Assembly: GCA_039545335.1 (NCBI GenBank)
Contig: BCIN01000006.1
Span: 1,178,001-1,242,000, forward strand
DNA: 64,000 nucleotides
Origin: Kondoa subrosea
Taxonomy: Eukaryota
Direction of reading: 5' to 3'
The notes below the pieces were generated by a model, which saw nothing but the letters and a program-made list of their open reading frames with translations, had not been told where the DNA came from and did no database searches. The position numbers and the translations under genes were made by a program. Shown piece after piece: positions 27,044-37,941 of the stretch. Positions within the stretch are counted from its first letter, which is position 1; each line of letters begins with the position of its first letter.

Positions 27044-29072
27044 ATGAAAATCTCCTATCAACCCCTCTTGCGAGCTATTGACCGGGCTCTGGGTAGCGCT
27101 ATCGCTGCTCGCCGCGCTTCTACACGTAAGGTCTGCGCAGCACAGGATTCCACCATCGTCTAATACTACGCAGACGCTACTCCCATCGCAGCAATTCCAG
27201 GCGCGCTGTCAGACAAAGATGATACAGATGCCCATTCAAAAAAAAGAGACAAAGGCAAAGGGAAAGCCAGGAGCTCAGAAGATGAGGGCGAAACCGACAA
27301 TGGTGTGTGCAGCTGAGCAATGTAATCTAGGCATCTACTCAGTGCAGTATTGCAGTATTCACTTTCGCAGAAGAAGATCTTATGGATGGTTTCTTCGCGC
27401 TTGAAGTAGATGAAACGGAAGACATGGCTACAGCTTCAAGACCAGCGACCGAAGCTCAATTAGCTGTACAGGAAGCCATCAGCAGAATCGACGCCATGGC
27501 TGATCGTTGGCAGGCTTTCAACGCTCTCTCAACCGACCAGGTGCTTTCCCAACTAGTAAAAGATGGCGTTGTTCCTTTGCCTGAACGGCTCATCCCACCA
27601 ACCATGTCTGCAGCCAATGTCCAAGCTTTCACTTTCTTCCTCAACCTCTACCAAAACCTTATTTGTGAGACCTTCGAAGGCCCTTCCAATCTTACTGCTA
27701 TTCTCTTGAACTGTATTGAAGATGACAAATGGGTGGAAGCTAGAAGAGTCTACGATCTCTTACACCAAGATCCCTTCACTGTCTTCGAAAATGAAATTCA
27801 AAGTGTTGTCAAATTTCTTCCTATCAACACCAAAGGGGCTATTTACGCTAGAGGTGCAACAAAATGGGCCTCGATAGAGGAACACATCCTGTTCGCTGAA
27901 GAACAGTCCAAAATTTCACCTTCTACCGCGGCTTTCTTTGCACCTTATCTAGTCTATTGGAAGAAACTGCGAAAGGATTATGGAAAGAACGCTTATCTAC
28001 CCGTGCGCTATGCGGGTTTTACCATCAACAAAGCTCAAGATCGCAAGAATGGAGATATTGGAATGGGGTTTACTGCGCACAAGAAGGGGAAACGTGCCAA
28101 ATCGGCTTTCCAATCTTTTATCGCTTTCATGTTCAAGCAAAATCCTGACATGACGGTACAAGAGGTCAAAGATGACTGGTCCTGCGCCGTACTGAACAAG
28201 CGGTTGCCCAATGACATCGACGCTGCTTTGCAAGAGGGCTTCTGGATTACTTTTCTCAAGTCCTTCCTGAACAAGAAGCTCATTGAGGCTGTATTGCCTC
28301 GTAAATTTCCTGCTTGGGTAACCGATCGGTTTGTAGGGTTGCCAAACGTGTTAGACCAGGTCAAGATCTCCCTCTTAGGAAGTTGATGTGTTCTAACTTG
28401 TTCAACAGGTTTTGGTAGTGGGTGCTGAACCTTCATCTCTCGCTACCGGTCAAATGGTCCTTGAAGGAAGATTAAACAGAGCCGTGCAGCCATTTGGTCA
28501 GCTTTACTGCAGTCTGCAGTCTACCGATCAGTCGACTGATGTAACTTGCAGGTTTAACTGCGTGGGCACCCTTCAAGATTGTCGATGTCAACCCTGATGG
28601 CTGGTCCAATGATTGGATCGTGAGAAGAGGCAGACCTTTGCCAGCGGCGTCTCGCATGTCAGAAAAGGCTCGCTCTGCGGTCCTCAAAGCAATCATCCCT
28701 GTAGCCGCACTTTACGTTCTGGGTTTTGCAGCATTGGCTGAACTGTACATTTTGCTTCAAGCCGCTGGTTGTCAGACACTGCGACCGTTCGAAGATCTGA
28801 ACTGGGGAGATACTCAAAGGGTCAAGGTTCAATCTTCTTGGGGAATGGGATCAGAGCGGATTTTAGTTCTTACGGTTGTTCCAAACCCGGGTACAATGCA
28901 AAAGAGATCAGACATCGCTGCAGGCGAATGGGCTTATCTGCTCTCTCTGGGTGTGAGTTTAGAGCGCTATCATCCTTGCCTCGCTTACTGATTAGTTTAA
29001 TAGTATATGTGGATGAGAATGGAAATGGACGTGACACAAGCTGATGCAGACGCACAAATGGATCAAACCTAA
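27044..29072 (+). CDS. Hypothetical protein; putative GIY-YIG-like nuclease domain fused to a MUG/UDG-like domain
   Basis: Exons splice in frame from ATG 27044 to TAA 29072; motifs GAIY..RYAGFT..R..QEGFWI..FLN, then VLVVGAEP..VDVNP..YVLGFAA..VVPNPG. The gene is well supported; the domain call is inference. Confidence 0.6.
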
Positions 29073-29318
29073 TAGCTTTGTACTGCTATCAAAAGTGCGC
29101 TCTTTCAATGTGGTCGGATACCCAAAGACTGATCCATCTCACAGTCTGTCTCCTTCTTCATCATCACAGACAATTCATGTATCAGAGCAACAGAGCAACG
29201 GAGTTTTGAAATTCCCCCCGCGCATGCGGTCACTGAATTTCGCAGATAACCGCAACGCAAAAAGTATATACTAAGGAGTTAAATTGCAAACTTTTGTTCT
29301 TCCTCACATCTGTTCTTT

Positions 29319-30750
29319 TCAAGCTCTCCAACTCCTCCTTTGCTCCACATTCAAACTCATCAAAGTTTCCAAAGCAGCAGCACATTGAAACTGGCTTAAC
29401 AAAGCTTCCGCTTTCCCAAATTTACACATTGTATCCCTTAACCATTCTTCAGGATCATCAGAAGGTAATCGAGGATGTACAGCATAACCAGGTTGCGGAA
29501 CAATAGGTGGTTCATCATCATCAAGAAGATCTTCCATAGGTGATTGTGAAGGTTTCATTCGTTTCTTTTCTCTTGGATTCGATGTCACTCTAGATCTTGG
29601 TTTGGAAGCTTTGACTGGTTTTTCGCTTACTGGTGAAGAAGTTGCTTTATTGCTTGAAGTTAGTCGGGTTGATCGACGAATACCTTCTTTAGCTACATTG
29701 GGTGGAGGTCGTTTCCGGATTGGCGCTGGATTAGGTACTGGTGCTGGAGGAGGTGCTAAAGTAGAAGTAGAAGGTTGATGTGAAGGTTCAGGCGTGAAGA
29801 GACCGGAAGAAGTTGATGCAGTTGGGAAATTAACACCGGGAGCTTGAGCAGAAGCAGGTCCGAAGAAGGATTCATCTGTGCTTGTAGAAGCGCCCAGGAA
29901 AGATGATTGGTTCATAGATGTACCATTAGCTTAAGGCATTGTTCCATCTAGTCTATAGCCAGGAGTATACAAAACACTTCCATCTGAAGTCATGGACGCA
30001 TTGACTGTTCCGTTCGCGAGATGATGACCATTGACCATTGGCTTGTGATCCTCGTCGAATTGGAGATGTTGCACAGATTGCAAATGGAAATCCGCATCTG
30101 GCGCTTTCCCAAGCAAACACAATCCTTCCCAAGCTTCCCAACACCACCAACATTCTTTCAAAGCCGCTTGGAAATAAGCTGCAGCTTTCTCTGATTTGTT
30201 CGCTTTGACTGCCATGTGAGCTAATTTGACTTGAAGAGCAGCAGCACTTGGTCCGACAGTAACAGGGAACTGCATTTCTTCCGGATTGATGACTCCATTC
30301 TTGGTCAATTTGTCCAAAGCTTTCTGCAACACCGCTTGACCTTCTTTGACATTCTCTATTCCTTCCTACTGCAGCACAAGCTTGAGAATACACCCAAGCG
30401 CATCTCAATGAAACTTGCTTTGCTGGTTTGGTAATTTGACTGGAACGATATTGAGTATGCCAGGATTTGATGTTATTAGCTGCTTTGGATTGTAATGCTT
30501 CAGGTTTCCTAATGTGTTGTCGTAAAGTATCCATTGCACCAACAGCGTTCCCATTTCGAAGTAAAGACAAAGCCAAGTAGTAAGCTGGTGCTTCATCTGA
30601 TGGAAGCATGATGTGTAGACGTTCGGCTAAGAAGAGAGCTGTTGCGTGCATCTCGCTTGAGAGGGATTTGATGATGAGGTCGGTCAAGTATTCGATCAGA
30701 GCGACAGAAGGGTTGCTCCTTTGCGTTGAAGGACCATTGGAGGTGCTCAT
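29319..30750 (-). pseudogene. CDC27: CDC27/APC3 5' fragment, disrupted
   Basis: Apc3 N-terminal TALFLAERL..YYLALSLL, ALKECWWCWEAWEGLC, LLSQFQCAAALETL; 10-bp duplication frameshift at 30336-30355, in-frame TAA at 29931-29933, C-terminal TPR array absent. Confidence 0.85.
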
Positions 30751-30980
30751 CTTGAGGTAACAGAAGTGCTAAGTAGCAGAATAGGAGCGGAAGTACAGCC
30801 TTCAAACCAACATATGAGCGCGAATCCAGATGAAAGCGAGGTGTTCTTCTTGTACAGACTCAATCCAGGTCCTCAAACGGCAACAAAGGGTATCACAGTG
30901 CTACTCCAGATATGTTCCAGCAGGTCTAAAGGCGAAAAACAAAGTCACGGTCACTGGTCAACCTCGCTCGACGAAAATCA

Positions 30981-31781
30981 ATGGCCAAGGGCACAGCAGC
31001 AGCAGTCTCAGGCGATGCTCTAGAGGATGACTTCCAGCTGGATGATATTCCAGATAGTCCAGCAGCTGAAGAGGCTCACTTGTCTGCTTCACCTGAACCT
31101 GAAGATTCAGCGAAACCTAGCAAAAAACGTAAATTAGAGGAAGAGCCCAAGCCCAAGAAGGAGAAAGTGTGTAACCGTGTTATAAATTCGGATTTTGCTG
31201 TAGCTCAGACTCGATATTGTTCAGAAACCCAAGCGAAGCAAAAAGCAAGCTGTGGAAGATGAAACCCCTACGATTTGTTTCGCAATTCCTGCAATGCAAA
31301 CGAATCATCTAGAAACGAAACTCCTGCAATGCAAACGAATCATCTAGAAACGAAACAATCCGCTGCATTGCGTAAAGCTAGTGATCTAGAGAAAGACGAA
31401 TTGCGTTTTCAAGGTAAGCCAAAAATCACGAAGATCTATCTGGAGCAGAAGATCTCATTGTAGTGCAGAGAGCCGGTTCTTGGATGTGTCGACGTACCCG
31501 CTGGAAGATCGAAAGACTATGTCTGCGTTTCTGAATAAAGGTATATTGTCTTTCAATTTTATGCTATCTTCGGAAGCTGATCTAGATGCTTGAGTACAGT
31601 TATACCTTCGCTAAGTCGTGTGCTGATACTTCGATTCTATCTATTTCAACAGCTAGCAGAGCACGAAAGCTACTGTTCCACGACGGCTTTCAGCGCAGCG
31701 ATAGGTACACGAGATCGTAAAGCGAAACTCATCGCTTCTTCTGCGTTGGCGTTTGATTCAACGAGATACCTTGTTCTGTGA
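30981..31781 (+). pseudogene. CMS1: CMS1/CMSS1-like fragment, disrupted
   Basis: GDALEDDF N-terminus, ASDLEKDELRF, AAIGTRDRKAKLI..ALAFDSTRYLVL*; 35-bp duplication frameshift, central conserved block apparently deleted, premature stop. Confidence 0.7.
31287..31356. repeat. Perfect 35-bp tandem duplication
   Basis: tcctgcaatgcaaacgaatcatctagaaacgaaac at 31287-31321 and 31322-31356. Confidence 0.97.
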
Positions 31782-31878
31782 TACCATGACATCCTGGAAG
31801 TCGCAAAGGCTTATCATCAAACAGCGGATGTGTTGTGTCTTTCGAGCCAGCAAATAATTGAATCATATATGCTTAAAA

Positions 31879-33013
31879 TCACTCGTAGACATCGTTTCGC
31901 TTAAAGTCTTCTACTGTTCGTAGTGTCATCCTTCGTTTCTTAGACCGTTCTTCTCCCTCGTTGTTTGCTTCCATCTTTCTTTTCGATAATCGTTGACCAG
32001 CCAACAACTTCTGCTGAATCACTTTGTCATCTTCAGCTTCGAACATAGGTTTGAGCCAATGTTCTGCGCATCCACAAGGGCTCGCTTCAGTAAAATATTC
32101 AGGGCCATATTCGATTAAAAGCTGATCATGAGCCTGAATGGGTTTGCCAAGACTGAAAAGGGAAAGGCTGCCATCCGTTTCTCTCTTCAACTTGACATTC
32201 GCTCTCTCGCAGGAAGAGTTGAGAAGCCGCAGAGGCCCGGTAATGACATAGACTGAAAGCAAGTAAGCATTTTTCATGGCGTCGAGCAAAGCTTCGCTTA
32301 CCTTTTTTATTGATACGGATGGTAGAAAAGGCATATCCATGCTTTATCATCAGACCTTCTTCCTGCCTATTCAGTTCAACTAGAGAGCTGAATCGGCTGA
32401 TGATTTTGCTATTCTTGTGAATATCGACTTGCGCCTTCACCTGGCATTGAGGGTTTCCGTTATGCAGGTGAGCTACGTCGTCTACAGTATATGTCTGCTG
32501 TGAGACATGATCTAATGCGCGATCGCCATAGATCCATTTACGCCAATCTCGAGAATACCTACCAACGAAAGTAAGCTCAAATTTCGAGGTGAGAGCGACG
32601 ACTCACTTTGACACCCATTTAGCTACTTCAACTTCGTCTTGGCCTATCTTAAAAGTCCCTCCCTTCGCATCTTTTGTCCAGAGACATTTCTCACTCATGG
32701 CTTCTGACATGATGATGAAATATTGCTCTAAAGCTGTAGTAGATGCTATTCGAGCAGCATATTGTCGTGCAATCTTCGGCTCCAAGAGCTTTGCATCACA
32801 TTGAGGTCGTGTTTCGAAGAGCCGAGTGGTTTCCGAAGTGTCTTGCTTCTTCGTGTTGTGGAAGACTTGGAAGAAATTAGATTCTACAGCCAATCCAGTC
32901 CATTTTTTCCGGGTCAAGCTCGCACAGAAGCTCTTCTGCTTTTTTGGCATTCTGGTAAGCAAATTTTGGCAAATTTGAGAAAAAGGTTTGCTTTCACATT
33001 CAGGTGCGTACAT
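31879..33013 (-). CDS. Divergent SET-domain protein, Set9/KMT5-like
   Basis: Three exons splice to LVELNRQEEGLMIKHGYAFSTIRINKKVYVITGPLRLLNSSCERANV...IQAHDQLLIEYGPEYF...PCGCAEH. Confidence 0.75.
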
Positions 33014-34103
33014 GGTTTCAAATGACCCAGAACTAAACTCTTACGGTATTCTGACACAGTGGGAGCACACTATATCTGGTCCGAGCGACAACAGAATGCA
33101 CGAAAATTCAGTCTTCTCTCCTTGCTCCTCTACTCTCTCTCGTCAACGATCTTGAAGACTAGAACTGGTCAGAGCTCTGCTGTATGCCATGATGAGCATC
33201 ACACAATATGCTTTAGCCTACGGTATCTGTTGTCCTAGCTAGATTACCTTCAATCAGTCATGGCAATTCCTTCAATTCTCTGAATTGAAGGATTTGGGAA
33301 AGAAACGCGTAGCCCTTTTGGGACCACCTGATGAAATCGTTTTGCTATTCTCTTTGTTGGAAGGCTTATTCAATGGCTAGCTCTCCTGTTACAAAAATCA
33401 ACTTAGCTGAATCTCTGTTCTTTCAGGTTTGATAAAGCCATTTGATGCCACACCTGCCTTTCTGGCAATCTTCACTCCCTTCTGCGATCTTGTGTCAACA
33501 AAGAAGGACCAGCAAGCATTTAAATCAGTTCTTCACGCGCTTTACAGATCGCTCAAAGACTGTTCTCTTTGTCGCTCGAATCCATTTGCTGTTTTGGATA
33601 AGGCTGCTTAAGCGATGGAACCCCGAGATCTTAACAAACTCCTTCACAAAGACCATCAAATGCCCTTCGCCAATGAACGATATCTGTCGTGCAGGAACAG
33701 CTAGCTTGTTACTCAGTTCACCTACTTCAATTTTTCCTTCGCTATTACCAGATTGCTTAAGACCAACTTTTGGGTGTGCTGCAAAGCTAATATTGGATGA
33801 AGTTCAAGACATAGACCTAGTCAGGCCGCTCGACTTCCACTATATGAATTACTGAGTAGTCATTTACGCAGTTTGCCAATCTGAAGGTAGCTGAGGTAGA
33901 GAAGCGGCTATGAAGAGGCGTCTGTTGAATGCCAACCTCTCAGTGACGGATCGAAAGACAGCCTGTCTCTGTAGTCTAGCTCTTATTGGGTCGTGCTATG
34001 TGGCTCATGCACATGTACCTCTGAGTATCTGTCAACAGCATGGGATGTGTCGTCGTAAGAGACAACCATAATACAAGCTCAACTACAAGCTGGTATCTAA
34101 TGG

Positions 34104-36096
34104 TCAGAGCACTTCCTGTGCTTGAATGTGCACCTCTTCACGAGAATTCAACTGAATTTCATACAGCCGGAGCGAATGATCTATTGCACAATCGGTCAAT
34201 CTTGCGCTCACTGAGAAGTCCTGACTTACAAAGCAATTCATCATAGCGGATCAGATCTGCTGCTTCATTGTCCGTTCGAACCCTTGCTGTCCTCTCTTTT
34301 GCTTTGACTTGAACAGCGTTGATAGGTACGAAATCCATAGCGACCTTCAAGCAGTCGGTGTGATTTGTGACCTAAGATTGGTGATAATCCGTTTGGTAAA
34401 GAATCGAAAGTGCGTGAACACTGACCTGATGAAGACTGCCACTGCTCGACACTTGAGCTCCCGATCTGGACGTCGAATTGAGTGACTTACGTAGGAATAT
34501 AGATCATGTCGCCTTTCTTCTGCTCTGCATATATTGGATGTACATCCCTGAGTGCTAAAGCGTCGATTATTTCTTGATTCACTTCGATCTGAAATGAGTA
34601 GGGCGAGAGCTCAGGCCGCAGTCGACAGCAGACTTCTTCCACTGCGTGCTGATGTTCGGGTGCGAACAAGATCCACTTCGCGAGCTCGCCAGCTACCTGC
34701 ACTGAATCAGCTGTTAGAAGCCAGTTTTTTTTGGAAGGGGCAAACTAGTAGATTCTGTCGAGGATCCCAATGAGGATGTGAGATTGCCACATAGATGCAA
34801 ACGAGCTTACCACAGCAGGTGCAGGATCCGCATGGAGAGGCGTAGATGTAGGTTTCTCCGTAGCTGTTGCCGTGTTGCCAGCGTTAGCCTGATATATTTT
34901 CGGTCCAATGTCTGGTACAAGTCCCTCCAGCGGGAGATAAGCTATCCCAGGCGAGTAATAGTAGTTGGAGAAAACATACAGAAGTAGGGAATGCAGAAAC
35001 GAGATTGTGCGATCCATTTCGTACTATCCATTTTGCAAACTTGTATTCCGATAGTGCTGTATACTGCCTAGGCAGAGCTTCCGCAAAATGAGCTGTAGTT
35101 GGCCAGTCCTAAACTCGGATAAGCTGACTCTACCATGGGCGATAGGCAGAAATCCGAACCTTCAGTCTGGCAAAAGCGATATCTCTTGATTTGCGCGATG
35201 ATCCGAAGGAACCCATATACTCAGCAAGCTCCATACTTTTAACTGCATGATTGGTTGTGTAGATTTGGACCATCTTCTCGTGAGCTCGCATGTCCTCAAT
35301 CAGATTCGCTAGTTTCCAACAATCTGCATTCAAAGGACATGCGGATAGAACGAAAGGAACGTCTTGCTCTATCAGGGATTGAAAAGCGTCTTCTGTACAC
35401 TCTGCATAAGAGATGGTGGTAATTAGGCCTAAACGTTTCGAAGAGATTGAAGACTTCGAGGTGAGAAGGAGTGGCAGAAAGGCTATATAGCTAGGAATCC
35501 GACTGAGAAGAGAAGAGAGCACTTTGGTGTTGATGCGACTTATCGGTAGATAGAAATGTGTACCGTTGAAGGAGTTGCAAAGCGGTGATGTTTGACTGAG
35601 TGCGGGATGACAATCGAGACATACCAGACTATGAGAAGAGTATGAGTATGAGTAATCACAGCATTCGCATTAGTACCCGAACATACTCGTTACATTTGTT
35701 ACATCTGAAGAAGCACAGAGTCGAGCTTGAACAGCGGTCGCAAGAAAAGATGGTAGATTGTAGCGATGTATAATTCCGAGCATTCGGTAGTGATGAGTGT
35801 AGCAGCCAAGCATCCAGCATCGGCCGAGCAGCCCTAGCAAGAATAGCGAGATGTGCTTTAAGTTCTGCAGTTGACATGCTGCCAGTAAACGTGTTGCGAT
35901 ATAGGACAGCACTCTGAGCAGATGATTTATTACTATACTTCGCTTGCTGTCCTGCTGTCAATTCTCCCAAGGGCACCTGCTTCTGCAGGCCTGAATGCTT
36001 CCTTCCTCCTCTCTTGTTCTTCACAGTCACAGTCTTCTCTGACTTCTTTTCAGTGTCAGCGATAGCCTGCTTGCGTTTGCTGGACTTGCTGGTCAT
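34104..36096 (-). CDS. JmjC protein of KDM3/JHDM2 type with N-terminal Cys-rich zinc finger
   Basis: CDRC..CNKC..CLDC finger; DWP..F; PDIGPKIY; TPLHADP; QKKGDMIYIPTGSLHQVTNHTDCLKVAMDFV across intact splice sites; last exon uncertain by ~25 nt. Confidence 0.85.
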
Positions 36097-36345
36097 GTGA
36101 ATGAGCTGCTAGGGTATCGTTTGAAAAAAACAACAATGCGTTATGAAATGCAAGACAATAATCTCATTTGCTCAAGTACTGTCTATCCGGAAGGGGATCG
36201 AGTGCCCGACTGTTGTTATTGTTTTTGTTCTTGCCTTTCCTTCTGCTTTTACTTCAATACTATTGTATCGCTGCTCTTTCCCAATTCTCTCGCTCTTTCT
36301 CAATTCTCTCATGTACCTTCTGCTCTGATGTTACATGGCCCGGAC

Positions 36346-36469
36346 GCTCTTCATTGCTGGACTTCGGTCCTCTGCAGCCTTGAGTTTGTCGGATCGTAAC
36401 TGCCACAATGTTTCGAAATGCTCTTCATTGCTGGACTAGTTCCTTTGCAGCTTTGAGTTTGTCGAATCG
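36346..36469. repeat. ~50-bp imperfect direct repeat upstream of the JmjC gene
   Basis: gctcttcattgctggact..cct.tgcagc.ttgagtttgtcg.atcg at 36346-36396 and 36420-36469. Confidence 0.9.
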
Positions 36470-37299
36470 CGGCAGAGCAAGGGGAATGATAGAGATGACA
36501 GAGGCGAGAGAATAAGGATCGTTCATTGCAAAGTAAGTATCACCAGTCGTAGCAGAGAGCTACCTTAATTGATTCTTTTATCGTTAGATCCAAGCGATGA
36601 AGTCTGATTGTTTTGTCTTCTCTGTATCCACCCGTGCTCTTCTGTTATAATCTATCGGTCGATATTCTGTTTGAAAAGGAAGCTGTCATTCTTTCCTCAT
36701 ACTCGAAGAGATTGTGGGACATACCGACCTGTTTGCTCGCGGCTGATGCTCTGCTGGAAAGACCAATCGATTCCCTCCCATGCTTCAACTCCGACAGCTC
36801 TGGCGCAAGTTATTCAACAGATTCATTCGCCGATTGGCAACCTGCGAAGCGTTTTGTCAGACTTGCTGCTGCCGATCAACTCTGTCAAAAGGTCCAGCAC
36901 TCACGCGCATGATACCATTGAATCTCGAACTGATCATCACCGTATCGGCGTGACGTTGCATCAATCTACTGATCACAGGCTGGTGCTTGATTCTGCAATG
37001 GATTGAAGGAGAAAGAACTTCGACTATTGGTGCTCTAGAACCACGAGAAGTACTACAATCTGGTACGAGGTTCGTCGTAGGCCCGCTAAGAGCATCATAG
37101 CCAGTGTCGCAGGTCAGGTACAGGTTCAGAGCGGCAGATTGGGCTATAGATTTTGAATGAAGTAGCCTGATGTTGCTTCGGTGATCTCAAGATTCATGCA
37201 GAGGTGGGCATGAGGAGCACCAGATGACAGCCGTTGATCAGCGGCTGTGCTGAGGAAAATCTTGCAGCTTGAAGCCAATCAGCGGGTTGTCAAGACACG

Positions 37300-37912
37300 A
37301 TGATCACAAGCCTGTTATATCGACCAGCTCTATCTTGCCAAAGATGCAGCAGCTTCCGATATCTGACTACTGGAGTACCAGAGGCATTGGTAGGCTCACG
37401 AGAAAGGATAGCTCAAAAACGGCAGCAGTATGAACAGAAGTATGGGCAGGCGCTTGAGGCTGCAGCTAAGGCGTAAGCGACTCGATCTTTGTCTTCAGTT
37501 CTTGTTCATCTGGATGCCAGAAAAGGAGTAGACTTGCAAACGTTGAAGGACAAGGCTCGTCGAGCTGAAAGATTGAAACCAATCAAGCCATTCACTCAGC
37601 TCTCAAGCTATCAAGCAATTCATCTACGCAACAGATACCTTCTGCTGTTGTAGCTCCTTCATTACCGAGCGGGATAGATCAAGCGAGGAGCAAAAGCGGC
37701 ATCAAGGTCAGCAATCCTCTCTTCAGTTTCAGCCGAGCTCAAGGTATGTATAGCCTCTTTCGGACATCATAGACCTACAGAAGCTTCTCACAAGGCATCC
37801 TGCACCTCCAGCTGAGGAGATCTCTGCCCTTTGGAAAGCTTACCATGCGTCAGCCAAATCAACAACGAAACTAGGCGCCGTCATCCCAGTCGAAACCTAC
37901 AGACGAATGACT
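37300..37912 (+). pseudogene. ATP11: ATP11 (F1-ATPase assembly chaperone) 5' fragment, disrupted
   Basis: Presequence-like start, KYGQALEAAAKAKGVDLQTLKDK, GIKPLSDIIDLQKL..EISALWKAYHA..GAVIPVETYRRM; exon 2 frameshifted (TAG at 37651); truncated at a splice donor. Confidence 0.75.
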
Positions 37913-37941
37913 GTAAGTCTCGGCGCCTGCTTAGTGAGTGA

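Noticed and set aside
35630..35655. (tatgag)n-like short repeat
   Set aside because: Lies in a JmjC intron; ordinary microsatellite-like slippage
36600..37250. Possible additional gene relic upstream of the ATP11 fragment
   Set aside because: Splice-like signals and short open frames on both strands, but no recognisable protein
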